Part shown: positions 27,990 to 42,548 of the stretch, one piece after another
Numbering within the stretch: the stretch's first letter is position 1
Layout: each line of letters starts with the position of its first letter
Assembly (NCBI GenBank): GCA_951406725.2
Contig: OX597826.1
Location: 21,018,001-21,082,000, forward strand
Length of the DNA stretch: 64,000 nt
Source: Octopus vulgaris
Lineage: Eukaryota
Direction: 5' to 3'
Position numbers and translations under genes: made by a program
Notes under the pieces: model-generated
What the model was told of the DNA's origin: nothing
Seen by the model: the letters and a program-made list of their open reading frames with translations, nothing else
Database searches by the model: none

Positions 27990-28140
27990 GAGATGCTTAG
28001 CGGCATTTCGTTCATCTCTTCGTTCTAAGTTCAAGTTCCACCGAGGTCGACTTTTCCTTTCAAGCTTTCCGTGGGTCGATGCAATCGACTTCACCCTTCA
28101 CAGAAATTGCTGGCCTTGTGCCAAAATTTGAAACCAATAT
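27990..28140 (+). mobile_element. SINE family B, internally deleted
   Basis: atgcttagcggcatttcg..gaggtcgactt..tggccttgtgccaaaatttgaa. Confidence 0.75.
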
Positions 28141-29699
28141 TGCTAAACCTGGAAGGTGAGGAGGTGTCTCTCAATTTTACTGAATGACTTTTAAAGTGTT
28201 ACTCTAACTACTGAGTAAGTTCATATGAAATCTAGAAACATCTTCATGAATCTGGGTTTGAAAATCTACGTAAAGATAAAAAATTAACATTAATTACATG
28301 GTTAATTACATAGTAATTAATTTCAATGAAATGTTTCTGTTAGTTTACGAAACTAATGAACGACGAAACAGTGTGACGTCAAATGGAAAATTGCTGCCAT
28401 TTATATCTGTGCTTACAGTTCATGTACAGAGGTTTGGATGTTGGGGGTGTACTGTATGTGAGTGTACACACACACGCACGCACACGCACACACATACACA
28501 TGCACACACACAAACACATACACATATTCACACATATGTAAAACACATATATGTGCGCGTGTACATGCGTATGTATACATAAATATACACGTGCTTTGCA
28601 AGCGAGCGTGTGTATGAGTGTGTGTAAATGTAGATGTATGTTTTCAAACATTGTGAATGTGTGTGTATGGTAGCGAGTGAATGTGTATGTGTGTGTATGT
28701 GTGTAAGTGCACAACGCTGTCGAACAAATAAAGAGTAAGATGGCATTGTTCCAAGTATAATTAGAGAGGTGGGCATGGGTGGACATGTATCGACATATGC
28801 GGACATATGAAGACATATGTCGACTTCTGTAGACATATGTGCACAGAGCGGATTTGTGTAGACATAAGATTCAAGTGGACAGAAGGGACGGGCATAATCA
28901 ACCCAGGTATCGACCTTGAGTACCTTACAACTAGTGTTGCGTGTCACATTTACATGTGTGTATATATACGTATGCATGGTGTGTATATTTTGCATATGCG
29001 TGTGCGTGTGCGTGTGTGTGTGTGTGTGCATTTGTTCTTGTGTGTATATGTGTGTGTGTTATATCCATTTGTATTTAGTGAATATTTCTCTTCTATAAAG
29101 CATAAATTGATGAGTTGATGGGGTAGAATGAACACAGGTGTGTGCGTGTATGTGTATGCGCGCGCGTGTGTGTTTGCTTGTATGTGTGTGCGTATGCGTG
29201 TGTGCTTGTGAGTGCATGTATATATATCTATGTGTATGCAAATATATGTATACACGCATATGTATAAGGATTATATATATATATGAATTAAGAAATGGAG
29301 TCAAATGCAGGTTTTATTCAAATCATTTATACTTCCAACATATGTTTCGAAAAAAGCATTGATATTCTTCGGGAGGGAATAAAAATGATGTAAAACAATG
29401 CAATCATTCCGTCAGGAGGGAAAAAAGGAACAAAGCACATCAATAAGCCATTTTAACCGAATGTGATTACTGCATACTTAAGTATATGATGTAAGGAGAA
29501 CGCTAGCAAGATATTTTTTTTTTAATCTTTGATAGATTTAACGTCAAAGGTAATTTATAGAAAGAGAAGGAGGATTAAGAAAGAAATTAACTGAAAATTA
29601 AGAGTGGAAAAATAAAGTGTGAAAGATGAATGGGAATAATGTTTAAAAGCATGGAAATCGATATATGTAGAGGAAATGAAATGTAAGAAGACAGTTAAA

Positions 29700-30332
29700 G
29701 GTCGAATTTTATAGATTGGTAGAAATTACTTTGAGCAACTAAAGGTATTTTTTGCCAATGTTTATAGCGATAAACATGTTTAAATGTGTTTACAAGCGTA
29801 TTGCTCGAGAATAGGATGAAAAATAGCTCTTCGTTACAGAGCGGACAAAAAGATTTACCTGTGACATATGGGAAGGATCTAGATAGAATTTTCCATTCCA
29901 AACCGTATTGTTTATTATGTTCCTTTAGAGACCAAATTAATTTACTAAGCCCAGTATTGTTGCGTTTATTGATATGTCTAAATATAGAATAATGGTTAGA
30001 TATTCTTTTCAATAACTGAAACGAAGAACTGCCTATGTAAAAAAAAAGACATCGGAACCGGAAGTAATTTTACATTGATAAACAGAGTTTCTAGTCTTAG
30101 AATTACTGCTAAGGAAACGAATTCGATTTGAATTTTATATCAGAAATATTAATATTGTTGTTATTGTTGTTCAAAGAATAGTTAGTGTTAATAATATCAT
30201 TGTTATTATTTTCATTAAGTGGATTTGTATTTAATAACTTTTGGTTATGTGAAGAAATGATTTCTGAAAGGTTTTTGGTGTTTGAAAAACTTATCCTAAT
30301 TCGGTGTGAATTGATAAGAAAGAATCATGAGG

Positions 30333-30377
<45 letters not shown>

Positions 30378-31140
30378 GAGGGGAGACAGGGTGGATAGAA
30401 AGAGAGAGAGAGAAAGATAGAGAATAGTTCACGAAAATTTCTTGCAATAGTCTTCGGATGGTTACTGAAAGAGCTGATCTATTTAAAATTAGTTGAGGGT
30501 TTATGGTATGGGAAATATGAATCATTATATAAGTTAAGGGTAATATCCAAAAAGTTGGTTTTAGTTATTTCATCATCGAAATTAATGTTTAAGTCCATGT
30601 TTCCGAAAAATTTAACCAACCTATTTTTAACCCTTTGTAATTTTTGGTTAGAAACATTTTGAAGGTCGAATAGATAATCATCACGATACAAACTTCCAAT
30701 GATGTTTGGGAACTGGTCAGCCATCTGATAAGGGACATAGATACCGACCAAATCAGCCAGGTGTGCTGAGTCAGAACTTCCCATCGTGCGATCAAAAAGG
30801 CGCATCTTTATGGACTCATAACTTATTTTCAAATTTAATGATTGATTTTCAGGCAGCAATCCCGGGTGAGACCTGCTTTGTTGAGTACAACAGGAAGAAG
30901 AATAGTAACTAGAAATGTGGAACTGGATAAACTTTGTGCACTTCTTGTTATTAATAGAATTAAACCAGTCGAGCATTTGCAATGAATTAGACCATAAATT
31001 AAGCTTTAATTTTTCAACGGATATCAGAGCTAGAAGGATAAACAAGTTGTAAGGTTGGGTTATTAAAAAAAATTTGATCTTCATTGATGTTTAGGAATTG
31101 GTCAGCCATCTCATAAAGGACATAGATACCGACCAAATCA
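29700..31140 (-). mobile_element. Penelope-like element, RT plus GIY-YIG endonuclease, decayed
   Basis: ORF 30479..31084: WFNSINNK, FIQFHISSYY, TMGSSDSAHLADLVGIY, LYRDD, NFLDITL, PYHKP. ORF 29695..30012: KRISNH..TGLSKLIW..WKIL..CPLCNEE. A (GA)n tract at ~30330-30425 interrupts it. Confidence 0.9.
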
Positions 31141-31628
31141 CTCACAAGGCTTTGATCAGCTCGAGACACTTGAGGTTGGGAAGCGAGCTTCTTACCACAC
31201 AGATACGCTTGTATGTATACGTACGTATGTACATAAGCGCACACACATATATGTGTACATATGTATGAGTATATATACGCGTGTGTGTATATATGTATGT
31301 ATGCATGTATGATGTATGTATGTGTGTATGTATGTATGTGTACATCTGAACCCCCATCGCATCCAAGAATAGTATTGACATTGACTTTGAGGTTTATGTC
31401 AGCTAACCCATCAGAGCACAGACCAATGGTAGCTTTGCTGGCCGAAACTTCGAAGTCACTGCCAGTAATATTCTTCTTAAAGAATAATAAATATGTACTC
31501 TACAAAAGTATGGAAACCCATGAGATTAATGTAAAATTGTTTTGATTAGTACTGAACGTAAAAAACATCAATATATTGATATATACATATATAAATAGAT
31601 AGACAGAGAGACAGACAGACAGACAGAC

Positions 31629-31681
<53 letters not shown>

Positions 31682-31736
31682 TGATATATATATATATAAT
31701 ATGCATATATGTCCCTTTATACATGTATATGCCTAC

Positions 31737-31770
<34 letters not shown>

Positions 31771-31797
31771 GCATAAATATAAGCACTTGCTTACATC

Positions 31798-31875
<78 letters not shown>

Positions 31876-32248
31876 TGTATGTATGTATATATATGTATAT
31901 GTATATACATATATATATTTACATACACATATATATCAACATACATACATGTAAATATGTGTATGTATGTCTATATGGTGGTGGCTGCCCCGTGTATATA
32001 TACATATATAATATATGCATGTATGTATATATATACACACACACATATATATATGTATATATACACACACGCACACATGCATGTATGTGCGTGTGTATGT
32101 TGTGTGTGTCGCAAATGAAACCTGCAACATCTCTCTCTCCACAGATTTAATTCAGTTGAATCCATTCTTTAAATGAAACCAGGAACAAACAATGGTCGTC
32201 TTTGTCGGTTTTCTCTGTCTTTGCCGTGCATGTTCTTATTTACATACT

Positions 32249-32327
<79 letters not shown>

Positions 32328-32887
32328 CATCAGTTCAAATAATATTTGCCGTGTGAAATCGATAAAGCGATCTATTTGATTAATATCGTCCGACTGTATC
32401 GAACAATAGGTTACTCTCGCCCAACTCTTTCTCCGTATTCTCCACTTTCCCACCTTAACTTACTCAATTAAACAACCCTCCACCCTCCACCCTCATCACA
32501 TAACCGCCCACCACCGTTTCTTCACATTTCCTTCTTTCTTTTCTTTCTTTTCTTTCCTTTGCACAATTATGGTCGCTGCTCTTTCTTTTCTTCTTCTTCA
32601 GATCTCATCTTACACCGACTCTATTCATTTCTCTTTTTCTCTCTCTTTTTCTATCCACCCTGTCTCCCCCCTCTTTTCTCTCTCTCTCTCTCTCTCTCCC
32701 TCATGATTCTTTCTTTCTTTTTTTGTTTCTTTTTTGTTATTTTTCAGTTTTCGCGGTTCTTTAAAAAAATATTCTCTCATGAATTCATATTACTCCGTTT
32801 TTAAATCTCCCCTCTCTTTCCGTTTGTCTTCCTCTCTGTCTCTCCCTCACTGCCACTCTCTGTTTCTTTCTCTCTCCCTCTCCCTCT

Positions 32888-32928
<41 letters not shown>

Positions 32929-33525
32929 AATCTCAAAACTAACCCAACCACTCACGTCTGTTGGGATGTTATTGATCAGCAGCCATATGTGGGGAGCGCC
33001 ATGACAATATCAACACATCACATAATTGTGTCTATATGTATACATGTATGTACTGTGTATATGTGTGTGTATGCGTGTGTGTGCGTGTCTGCGCATGTGT
33101 GTGTGTGTGTGCATGTGTACAGGTATATGTATGCATGTTTACGGGTGAGTATGTCTGTATGAATTGAATATACATTTGTAGAAAACAAAAGGAACTTAAA
33201 TAATATCTCGGATCTAACAACAGATCACTAAATACTGTAACGATAGCGACAACAACAACAACTACATCAAGGACAACATAAATAACAACAACAACAACGA
33301 CAATAATATCGACAACATCAATGATTGCGACATGAGAAGAGTAGCAAATATGATTTGAGGCAGAGACCAGTTCGACATATTTGCGAAGTAAGTAATTTTT
33401 CAGAGGATGGGAACGATTGAAATATCGATAATATATCAATACAATTTCAGTGATCACTGGAAAAAATATTTCACATTGTCGCTACAGTTAATATATAATC
33501 GCTAAAGTTGTTCTGTTATATATGG

Positions 33526-33561
<36 letters not shown>

Positions 33562-33964
33562 TCTCTGTGTGTGTGTGTGTGTGTGTAGACGATGATTCAC
33601 GAAAATAGATAAAAACCTTGGGTTTTAATGTAAAAAATATATATATACTTGTATACATGAAAAGGTAGACTTAAAATTATCAGATGATTAACAACAGGTA
33701 AAAGTGTATACATTTTTTTAAAAGGGAGCAAACTTACTCAGATTACATAAATTCAAAGAATTAGAGAGCAGGGTGTTACAAATCCGACAGCTGTTTCTGG
33801 GGGCTCAGAATTACTTCATAACGCTGGCAGATGTAGTATATCAAAAGTTTGCAGCCAGTATTTGCCACCATCACTGGCTGCAAAATTTGCTTTGCTGAGA
33901 GTGTAATAACACTGGCTCTGTCACACATGTTAGACCCTACTTTATAGGTGTGTGTTTGTGTGAA

Positions 33965-34240
33965 AGCGCGTGATCGAGTGGTGGGGGTATTGCACTCACG
34001 ATTGTCGAGTTGTGGTTTCGATCCCGGATCGGACTATGTGTTGTGTTCTTGAGCAAATCTCTTTATTCCACGTTGCTTCAGTGCACTCACCTGTAAATGG
34101 CCAACCTTGTCATGGACTGGCGTCCCGTTCAAAGCGAAAGGCTGGCCTGCCTGCCAGCTTAACCAGTAGCGCGGTATCATTTGAAAGCTACAAATATGCG
34201 AAGAAGCGCATTGTGACCAGTGGTGTAAAACATTTGATAG
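33965..34240 (+). mobile_element. tRNA-derived SINE family E
   Basis: gcgtgatcgagtggt..ggtttcgatcccgg..ttcttgagcaa..catggactggcgtcccgttca. Confidence 0.7.
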
Positions 34241-34269
34241 TCAATTTGATACAGGAAAAAAAAGATGAA

Positions 34270-34530
34270 ACGTCCTTTTCGAGCCATCGGCTCATAAGAC
34301 CGTTTTCCCAGATTCCGTATATATATCCTTTCCCGCCACCACCATCACCACTACTACCACTGGACAGGACGCCGGACCGTCGCAGGATTCATCGTTTTCT
34401 TCAATAGAGTGGACTGTAGCAACGTGAGAGGGAGTGTTTTGCTCAAGAACAAAATGCATCACCTCATCCAGGAATCGAAACCACAGTCTTGCGATTATAA
34501 GCGCAACCTTGAACTAAATCACGCGCCTGC
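34270..34530 (-). mobile_element. SINE family E, inverted relative to its neighbour
   Basis: ggacaggacgccggaccgtcgcagg..ttgctcaagaaca..ggaatcgaaaccaca is the reverse of 33965-34130. Confidence 0.7.
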
Positions 34531-34912
34531 GCACAGCGATACTGTGATGCATGTATGTGTGTGTAGGTGGGTGTTTGGGTGTTTGGGCATAATAGCTCTA
34601 CTTCCTCTCTCTCTCTTCTTCTGTTCCTATCTTCTGCACCATCTCTGTTCATCGATAAAATATTTACTATATCTTCGTCCATTAAATAGACGACTTGTTG
34701 AAAGAAATATCCATAAGTGTCCTTATTGATGACATTTGCTCTCCCCCTCATTGATATCGTATCAAACATACCTAAAATCTTATTGATTTCACGCTCTAAA
34801 GAGATATTTTATAGTACCACAACAATCTTTTATATCGTATGTCTGATACTGTAGTCAGCAATAAACTGTCAGTGAGTCTCATTTTACTTCACTTCTGAGC
34901 TTCACTGTATTG

Positions 34913-34966
<54 letters not shown>

Positions 34967-34978
34967 TATAATAATAAT

Positions 34979-35009
<31 letters not shown>

Positions 35010-35059
35010 TCGTAAAAAAATACTTTAGGAATGAGAACCCAGGTTCAAATTTTCCCCAA

Positions 35060-35105
35060 GACACTTGATGAAGGCTGGAGAGTATATCTGCCGAAATGTT
35101 GTGTT
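35060..35105 (+). ncRNA. Minimal type I hammerhead relic (core C3 changed to T)
   Basis: GACAC-TTGATGA-A-GGC..GCC-GAAA-TG-TT-GTGTT, in a short insert following (AAT)n/(CAA)n. Confidence 0.55.
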
Positions 35106-36197
35106 AACAACAAACAAAATGAGGACAAATATTCGTCAAATGTAAATAATGCACATGGCCACCGTATGATGTCAATATCTATTAAACACTGGCTCAAGCC
35201 CTCAGACTCCCCAGTGTCAACGAAATGAGGAAGTTATTTCTGTGTTTGGTAAACCAGTTAAAATATATGACATGAAACAGGTAGAAATATATGCATGTTC
35301 TGAGAGCTCCTGGATCTAATATCTCCTTTATTAGATTAATTTATATTTTATTCAGTATTACGGAGTAGACTTTAGTAAATATGACTCCACTCTATAATCT
35401 ATAATCGAATGGATTACAGAGAAAAGCCACATTAATCGACCGATTAATATATTTCAAGGGTATGAGTAATTTACAAGCGTGATCTCTAGTCTTGGGCCAA
35501 CAGGTTTTGGGATCTGGCGATACACGATAAAGCGAAACCCTTCATGGACGGGAAACCCCATAAATTCGTAATCCCAAAAACCGGCCTTCCCCTTGTTTAA
35601 TATAATATAATATAATATAATATATGATATGATATAATATAATATAATATGATATAATATATATATACATACATACATACATACATACATACATACATAA
35701 ATACATACATACATACATACATACATATGTGTGTGTGTGTGTGTGCGTGTGTGTGTGTGTGTGTGTATGTAAGTATGTATGTATATATATAGTTGAAATT
35801 TGCACAAAAACAAAACAAAAGACGAAGACGGGTGTGTAAACAACAAACAGATATATTAGGTTAACGCTGTATTTCGTTATGCGGTCTTAATACGCCACCA
35901 AGTATATTACAGGCTTTGTAAGTGACAACTGGATCTCATCTGTGCTGGCGGTGCTATTAAATCAGATTTTCTATTGAAATTAAAGCCAACACTGAAAGTT
36001 ACGTTTCGTATACGAATACGTCTGATGAAAGCAGCAATACGATGGAAGATTAGAAAATATAGGTAACGAGTGTGTATGATTAGTTCAAGAGATTTTGGTC
36101 TTTCTACAGAGGCACATTGTGGATGGTGAATGGTTTGGATGTAGGACTGAAGAAGAAACAAGAACTCTCGGAATATGCATAGACACCTTTGTGTGTT

Positions 36198-36264
<67 letters not shown>

Positions 36265-36745
36265 CCACCACTTGATAAACAGTGTCGGTAGGTTACATCC
36301 GGTGAATTAGCCGTTCGGCAAAAGAGACCGATAGAACAAGAACTAGGCTTTAAGACAGTCTACTTGGCGCGATTCATTTCATCAAAATTTCTTCAAGCTG
36401 GTGCTCCAGCATGGCCGCAGTCAAATGACTGAAACAAGTAAAAGAGAGTATGACTGCTGACCCCAAATAAAGATGTTGGGCTGGGGTCATTGATCCCTTT
36501 AGAATTAGAAATGTATTTCGGCTAGGGGCTTGCTTGATAGCTGGTAGTTTAGGAATTGAAATACTTCAGTTGATATACAGACTTTGTTGGAAGCGGGGAG
36601 GTGTCAGCTGATCGACCTCGACCAACACGAAGAAGAAGGTTGCACAAAGATGTCGCTTCGCCTCCATCTTAGTTTCTTCTAACTAAAGATGGCGGATACG
36701 GAAACAGAAAAAGATTTACTTCTTATCGGCAGAAATCTCAGCACG

Positions 36746-36826
<81 letters not shown>

Positions 36827-37122
36827 AGACACACAGACATACACTCACAGACACACACCAACACATATGCAAATACACAGTCACGGAATTAACATGTCTG
36901 AAGCGTATAAGCGATATTCATTAACTGGAATCAACATGAACGTACTTAAAGAACGATGAATGCGAAGGGAATTAGACAGACTCGGTCATGTCAACGAGTG
37001 TATAATATCCCTGGAAACAATTCTATACACTTGTGGCTGACTTTCATTGATCTGCATCACACCAGTTTAACGGACATCTCACTGGAAAACTGAAGTCACA
37101 TCACTATGCGCACACACGCACA

Positions 37123-37188
<66 letters not shown>

Positions 37189-37322
37189 TATACGTACACA
37201 TATACATACAAACATATATAACATCCATATATACACATAAACATACAAATATACGGCATTTACATGCATGCATACAGATATACATGCATATATATATATC
37301 CATATGTATGCATGTATATGCA

Positions 37323-37672
<350 letters not shown>

Positions 37673-37904
37673 GGATGGATGGATAACCAACAGAAATAAG
37701 AAAGTGACTCAAAGGCTAAGAGTTTCGTGTGTGGCACCAAACGTTTTGATGAGTAAAGCACGAAAGTGTCGGCCGTCGAGTCAATTCGTGAGTTCTGCCG
37801 ATTAAGAATCAATAAAAATACATTCAGGTCTTAGTTATATTTATCCTGGTCGTGTGTGTGTGTGTGTGTATGTGTACATTCATGAGTGGTTGCATGTATA
37901 AGTA

Positions 37905-37949
<45 letters not shown>

Positions 37950-38542
37950 GCACACACGTTCGCTGGCACGCGCATGCGCCCCTCTTTTCTGTTGTTTGTT
38001 TCTTTGCTCAGCAGAGAAAAATATCTCCAAGGCGAATTAAGAATCAGTTGTTTTCACCAACGTCCAGTTTGGAATGCTTTTCAGTGGACAGGACCTTGGA
38101 TTATCACACGTCCGGACAGACACGGCCACCACCACCGAAAGCAACAGCAACACTAAATGTTACTTTAACTGTCAGGATCGTTGCTCTAACATATTAGATC
38201 GATTATTAAATCGATGTTGTTCTTATTATAGAAATATTGTAATAATCGTAAGGTTTTTTTAACGCTAATCCGGATGTAAGTGAGTGTGTGGGGGCGGGTT
38301 GCAAGGGTCGGGAGTGGTTTTGATGATAATACAAGGCTTGGATATAATAAACACCAATGAAAACGTCTTTGAATCGTTATGGGTTTTATTTTTGTCAAAT
38401 AAAGGACAAAAAGAAATTGTAAAATTAATATCAAACGTGAGAGTGGAACAGTCAACTTTAGTCATCAAATTGACAGAATCTGTTTGATGACTAAACGTGG
38501 GTGTGTGTGTGCTTGTGTGTGTACATTTATATGAATATATAG

Positions 38543-38598
<56 letters not shown>

Positions 38599-38603
38599 TT
38601 ATA

Positions 38604-38652
<49 letters not shown>

Positions 38653-38695
38653 CTATATATCTATATATATATATATATTTATTTATATATCTATA

Positions 38696-38746
<51 letters not shown>

Positions 38747-38884
38747 TATGTATATATATATATGTGTGTGTATATACATATATATATATATATGCATAGA
38801 TATATTGTACCCGAATACATATATATGTGTGTGTGTCTGTGCGTGTTTTATGTATGCATACATACATATCATATATATATATAT

Positions 38885-38955
<71 letters not shown>

Positions 38956-39033
38956 GTATATATATATGCATATATATGTGTGTACAATTCTTAGTCTTAG
39001 TCATCAAATGACAGTGTATATATTTATTCATCT

Positions 39034-39099
<66 letters not shown>

Positions 39100-39294
39100 C
39101 ATATTTATATGATAATGATGAATAAGACCAATGTCTGTTTTCCGGACACTCAGTGACACCGGAAGTTTCAAGATTCTTGACACAAACGAAATATTTTAAG
39201 TTTCCAGTTAAAGTTCCCATTCCTAAGCTAATTTTTGTTTCATCATAGGTTGTGACGTTTATTGTTGTTGTTGTTGTTGTTGTTATTGTTATCA

Positions 39295-39396
<102 letters not shown>

Positions 39397-39560
39397 AGGC
39401 GACGAGCTGGCAGAATCGTTAGCACGCCGGTCGAGATGCTTGGCAGCATTTCATCCTGAGTTCAAATTTGGCCGAGGTTGACTTTGCCTTTCATTCTTTC
39501 GGGGTCTATAAATTAAGTACCAGTGAATTTCAGGTCTTGTGCCTTTAGTAGAAAGAATTA
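39397..39560 (+). mobile_element. SINE family B after (TTG)(TTA)(TAG) microsatellite
   Basis: ggcgacgagctggcagaatcgttagcacgccgg..tagtagaaagaattatt; more decayed copies at 40155-40480. Confidence 0.85.
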
Positions 39561-39569
39561 TTATTATTA

Positions 39570-40117
39570 TGAGAGAGCAGTGCATGCTATCACGGTGACA
39601 CTGGGGTAAAATATACGAGGCCCAGTATACCCATCATGACTACACGTCTGATAAGGGTACACCAGGCACATGCATCACAACCCTATGTGCTCGACATGGT
39701 GATCTCATATCAAGATAAACAGCACATGACCTTGCAGGTGGGGCCCAGTTAGAATTTTTCTTCTGGTCGAGTAACCCATCCTGCTCAAAAGGTCCTTGCA
39801 TAAGGATTGTTTAAGAATGTTGAACGAAACACTCATGTTTCCAGAGGTGAATAATTCAAACCCCAAAGAATCCCTCTCAACACACGATTATGATGCTCCC
39901 CCACTACCTCTGCTCGTGAACAGAGATGCACATATCATCAGCCACTAAGGGACATGCTCAACTGGTTAAGGTCAAACAACTGACAAGCAAATCTGTGGTA
40001 TTGAGCAGAATATTTGCTGTAGCCCATCTTTTACACTAAGACAAAACAATGTACATGATAACACTTCCAATCAGTTAAGATCAGAAGCCACGAGAGCCAC
40101 TGCCTGGTACTGCATCA
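39570..40117 (-). mobile_element. ~550-bp insert between (ATT)/(ATC) tracts, probable non-LTR 3' UTR-type repeat
   Basis: Abrupt higher-complexity block bounded by trinucleotide repeats, giving an (AAT)n tail on the minus strand; no ORF. Confidence 0.4.
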
Positions 40118-40569
40118 TTATCATTATTATCATCATTATTATTAAGATATTAGAATGGCAGAATAGTCAGATCATCGAACGCAATGCAACACTTGTTCCG
40201 GCTGTTTATCTTTTGGTTTTACGCTCTGAGATCAATTTTGCATTTAATTTTTTCAGGAGTCGATAAATAAAGTGGGGTTCAAGTATTGGGAGCGATATTA
40301 AGGGTAATGGATTTACGGAAAACTTTACGGCGTCGAACAAAATTATTTATGTTATTTTTTCTAGTGTTTTTACGCTCTGAGTTCAAATCCCGTCGAGTCT
40401 ATGTTTCATCTCTTTGGGCTGGAATCGATAAAATGAAGTACAGTCAAGTAATTTGAATTATCGACAAACCCCTTCTCTCTCAACTGCTGGGCTTTCGCAG
40501 AGAAGGAAGAGGCAGAATCAATGACCCTTTTTAAGGGTAATCGAGATTGGAGAAAGAAAGAAAGAAAAA

Positions 40570-40665
<96 letters not shown>

Positions 40666-40683
40666 AATGGGGGGTATTTCCTG

Positions 40684-40855
40684 AAAGACACTCAAAGGTG
40701 AACAAATGGTTGTGTTAAACCCGGGTGACAACAGGGTGAACTCCACTAAGGAAAGATACTCAAGGGTGACTAGGTGATGTTTTTAAACAGAGTGACAACA
40801 AAATGGACTCTACTAAAGACAGGCAGAGTCAAGCGGTGGTATTAAACCCGATGAT
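40684..40855. repeat. Degenerate ~67-bp tandem repeat, about 2.5 units
   Basis: aaagaYactcaaRggtga..ttaaac..gtgacaaca..actcYactaa occurs twice, plus a partial third unit. Confidence 0.65.
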
Positions 40856-42332
40856 GGACGAATTAATTCTACATAGAAACAGCCTCTTCAACGAGCTTCT
40901 TTCTTCTTAATGATTGGGTGGACCCGAGCTATTGTAGAAGATACTTGCCCAAATTGACTCGCAGTGAGATCGATCCCGAAGTACTTAACTTCACAGCCAT
41001 ATTATTATAATGGTTTAGTTAGAGGAGGACATCGATGAGTTTGATGTTATATAATCGTGGGAGAGTAGGAAACCATGTGTGTGTGTGTTTGTGTGTGTGT
41101 CTGTGTGTGTCTGTGTGTGTCTGTGTGTCTGTGTGTCTGTGTGTCTGTGTTTGCATATGTGTGTGTCTGCTGCTGTGGGTTTACAAGAATTAAAGCGAGG
41201 AATTTCAGTTAATAACCTGACGATTCTTACAAAGGAATTGTGAACCGTCATGGCGGTTGTAAAACTACCAAAAGTTGAAGAAGACAAAATCTATGCGTCG
41301 GCAGCACAGTCAGAATTATTAAATCCATGAACACACATACACCACTCACACATACATCTATACGTACACAATAACACACAAAAATACTCATACCGACACA
41401 GAAACACATACATACCAGCACACACACAAACACACACACAAGCACACACTGACTCAAACACACTCACACACATATACACACATACACGCGCGCGCGCATA
41501 CATTCACACACACACACACACTCACACGCATTCACACATATCGTCTGCATGGAAATAATGAAGATGGCCGTATGCAGTATGATATGCAAACAGAAATAAA
41601 TTATGAAAACAAAGCGGGGAAATAAAAATATGATTTGATAAGAAAAACATTGAGACAGATTGGACAAGAAGAAAAAACATGGCGCTTTTTGTTTTGTTTC
41701 TTTTTTTTATCAGTTGTAGGAGAAGCGATCTTGCTGGAAATGGAGCGGATCTTCTCCCAATGGTGGAAAGTTCGTTCTTACATTAGATTCTAAATGATTG
41801 TTGGTTTGTTTTTTAGCTGCAAGTCATGAGAAAGAAAGTGAAAATGATTAGCGACCCTCGATAGAGACGAAATCGAAAAACTCTATCAAGAAAAACAACA
41901 CACAACATATTGTATGTCATTGATATTAAGGGAGACCATCACACAATTATGGGCGAGTAGTTAACGAGTTTGTTTTGTAATCACGCCGTCGTGAGTTCAA
42001 ATCAACAGCATGGTATCTTGAACAAGTGTATTTTACCGTTGGTTCGGATTTACTCGAACTTATGAATGAAAGAAGGCAAATATAGACTGCGAGAAAGGCT
42101 CTCTGCTCGATTGTAGTTGTAAATCAAAGATGCAGCTTTATCACATTGATTCTGTCATAGAATTAGGTTTAGGAAATACACAAAGGAATATTCACCCACT
42201 TAATTGTTAATTTAAGAATAGGTGATGCAGAACTATTGAATAATCACCATCGAAACCGACAGAGGAACCGTCATCATTGAGACAATCTCAAAAATTAAAA
42301 CCCAGTTAACGACTAAAATATACACACACAAA

Positions 42333-42548
42333 AGGTGGCGAGCTGGCAGAAACGTTAGCACGCCAGGCGAAATGCTTAGTGATATTTCGTCTGTCTTTAT
42401 GTTCTGAGTTCAAATTCCGCTGAGGTCGACTTTGCCTTTCATCATTTCGGGGTCGATAAATTAAGTATCATTTGCCTACCGGGATCGATCTAAACCATTG
42501 GCCCCCTCCCCCAAAATTTCAGGCCTTGTGCCTAGGGTAGAAAAGAAT
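42333..42548 (+). mobile_element. SINE family B, full length
   Basis: ggtggcgagctggcagaaacgttagcacgccaggcg..gagttcaaattcc (B box)..aggccttgtgcctagggtagaaaagaat. Confidence 0.92.

Noticed and set aside
28770-28870. Short minisatellites (gacatatg 10-mer here; 11-mer at 15525-15610; ~34-mer at 45225-45320)
   Set aside because: Ordinary local slippage repeats.
36140-36190. CTGAAGA..GGAATATGCATA hammerhead-like text
   Set aside because: GAAA is mutated and the stems do not pair.
41250-41330. 26-aa small ORF MAVVKLPKVEEDKIYASAAQSELLNP with good Kozak context
   Set aside because: Length expected by chance; no supporting evidence.
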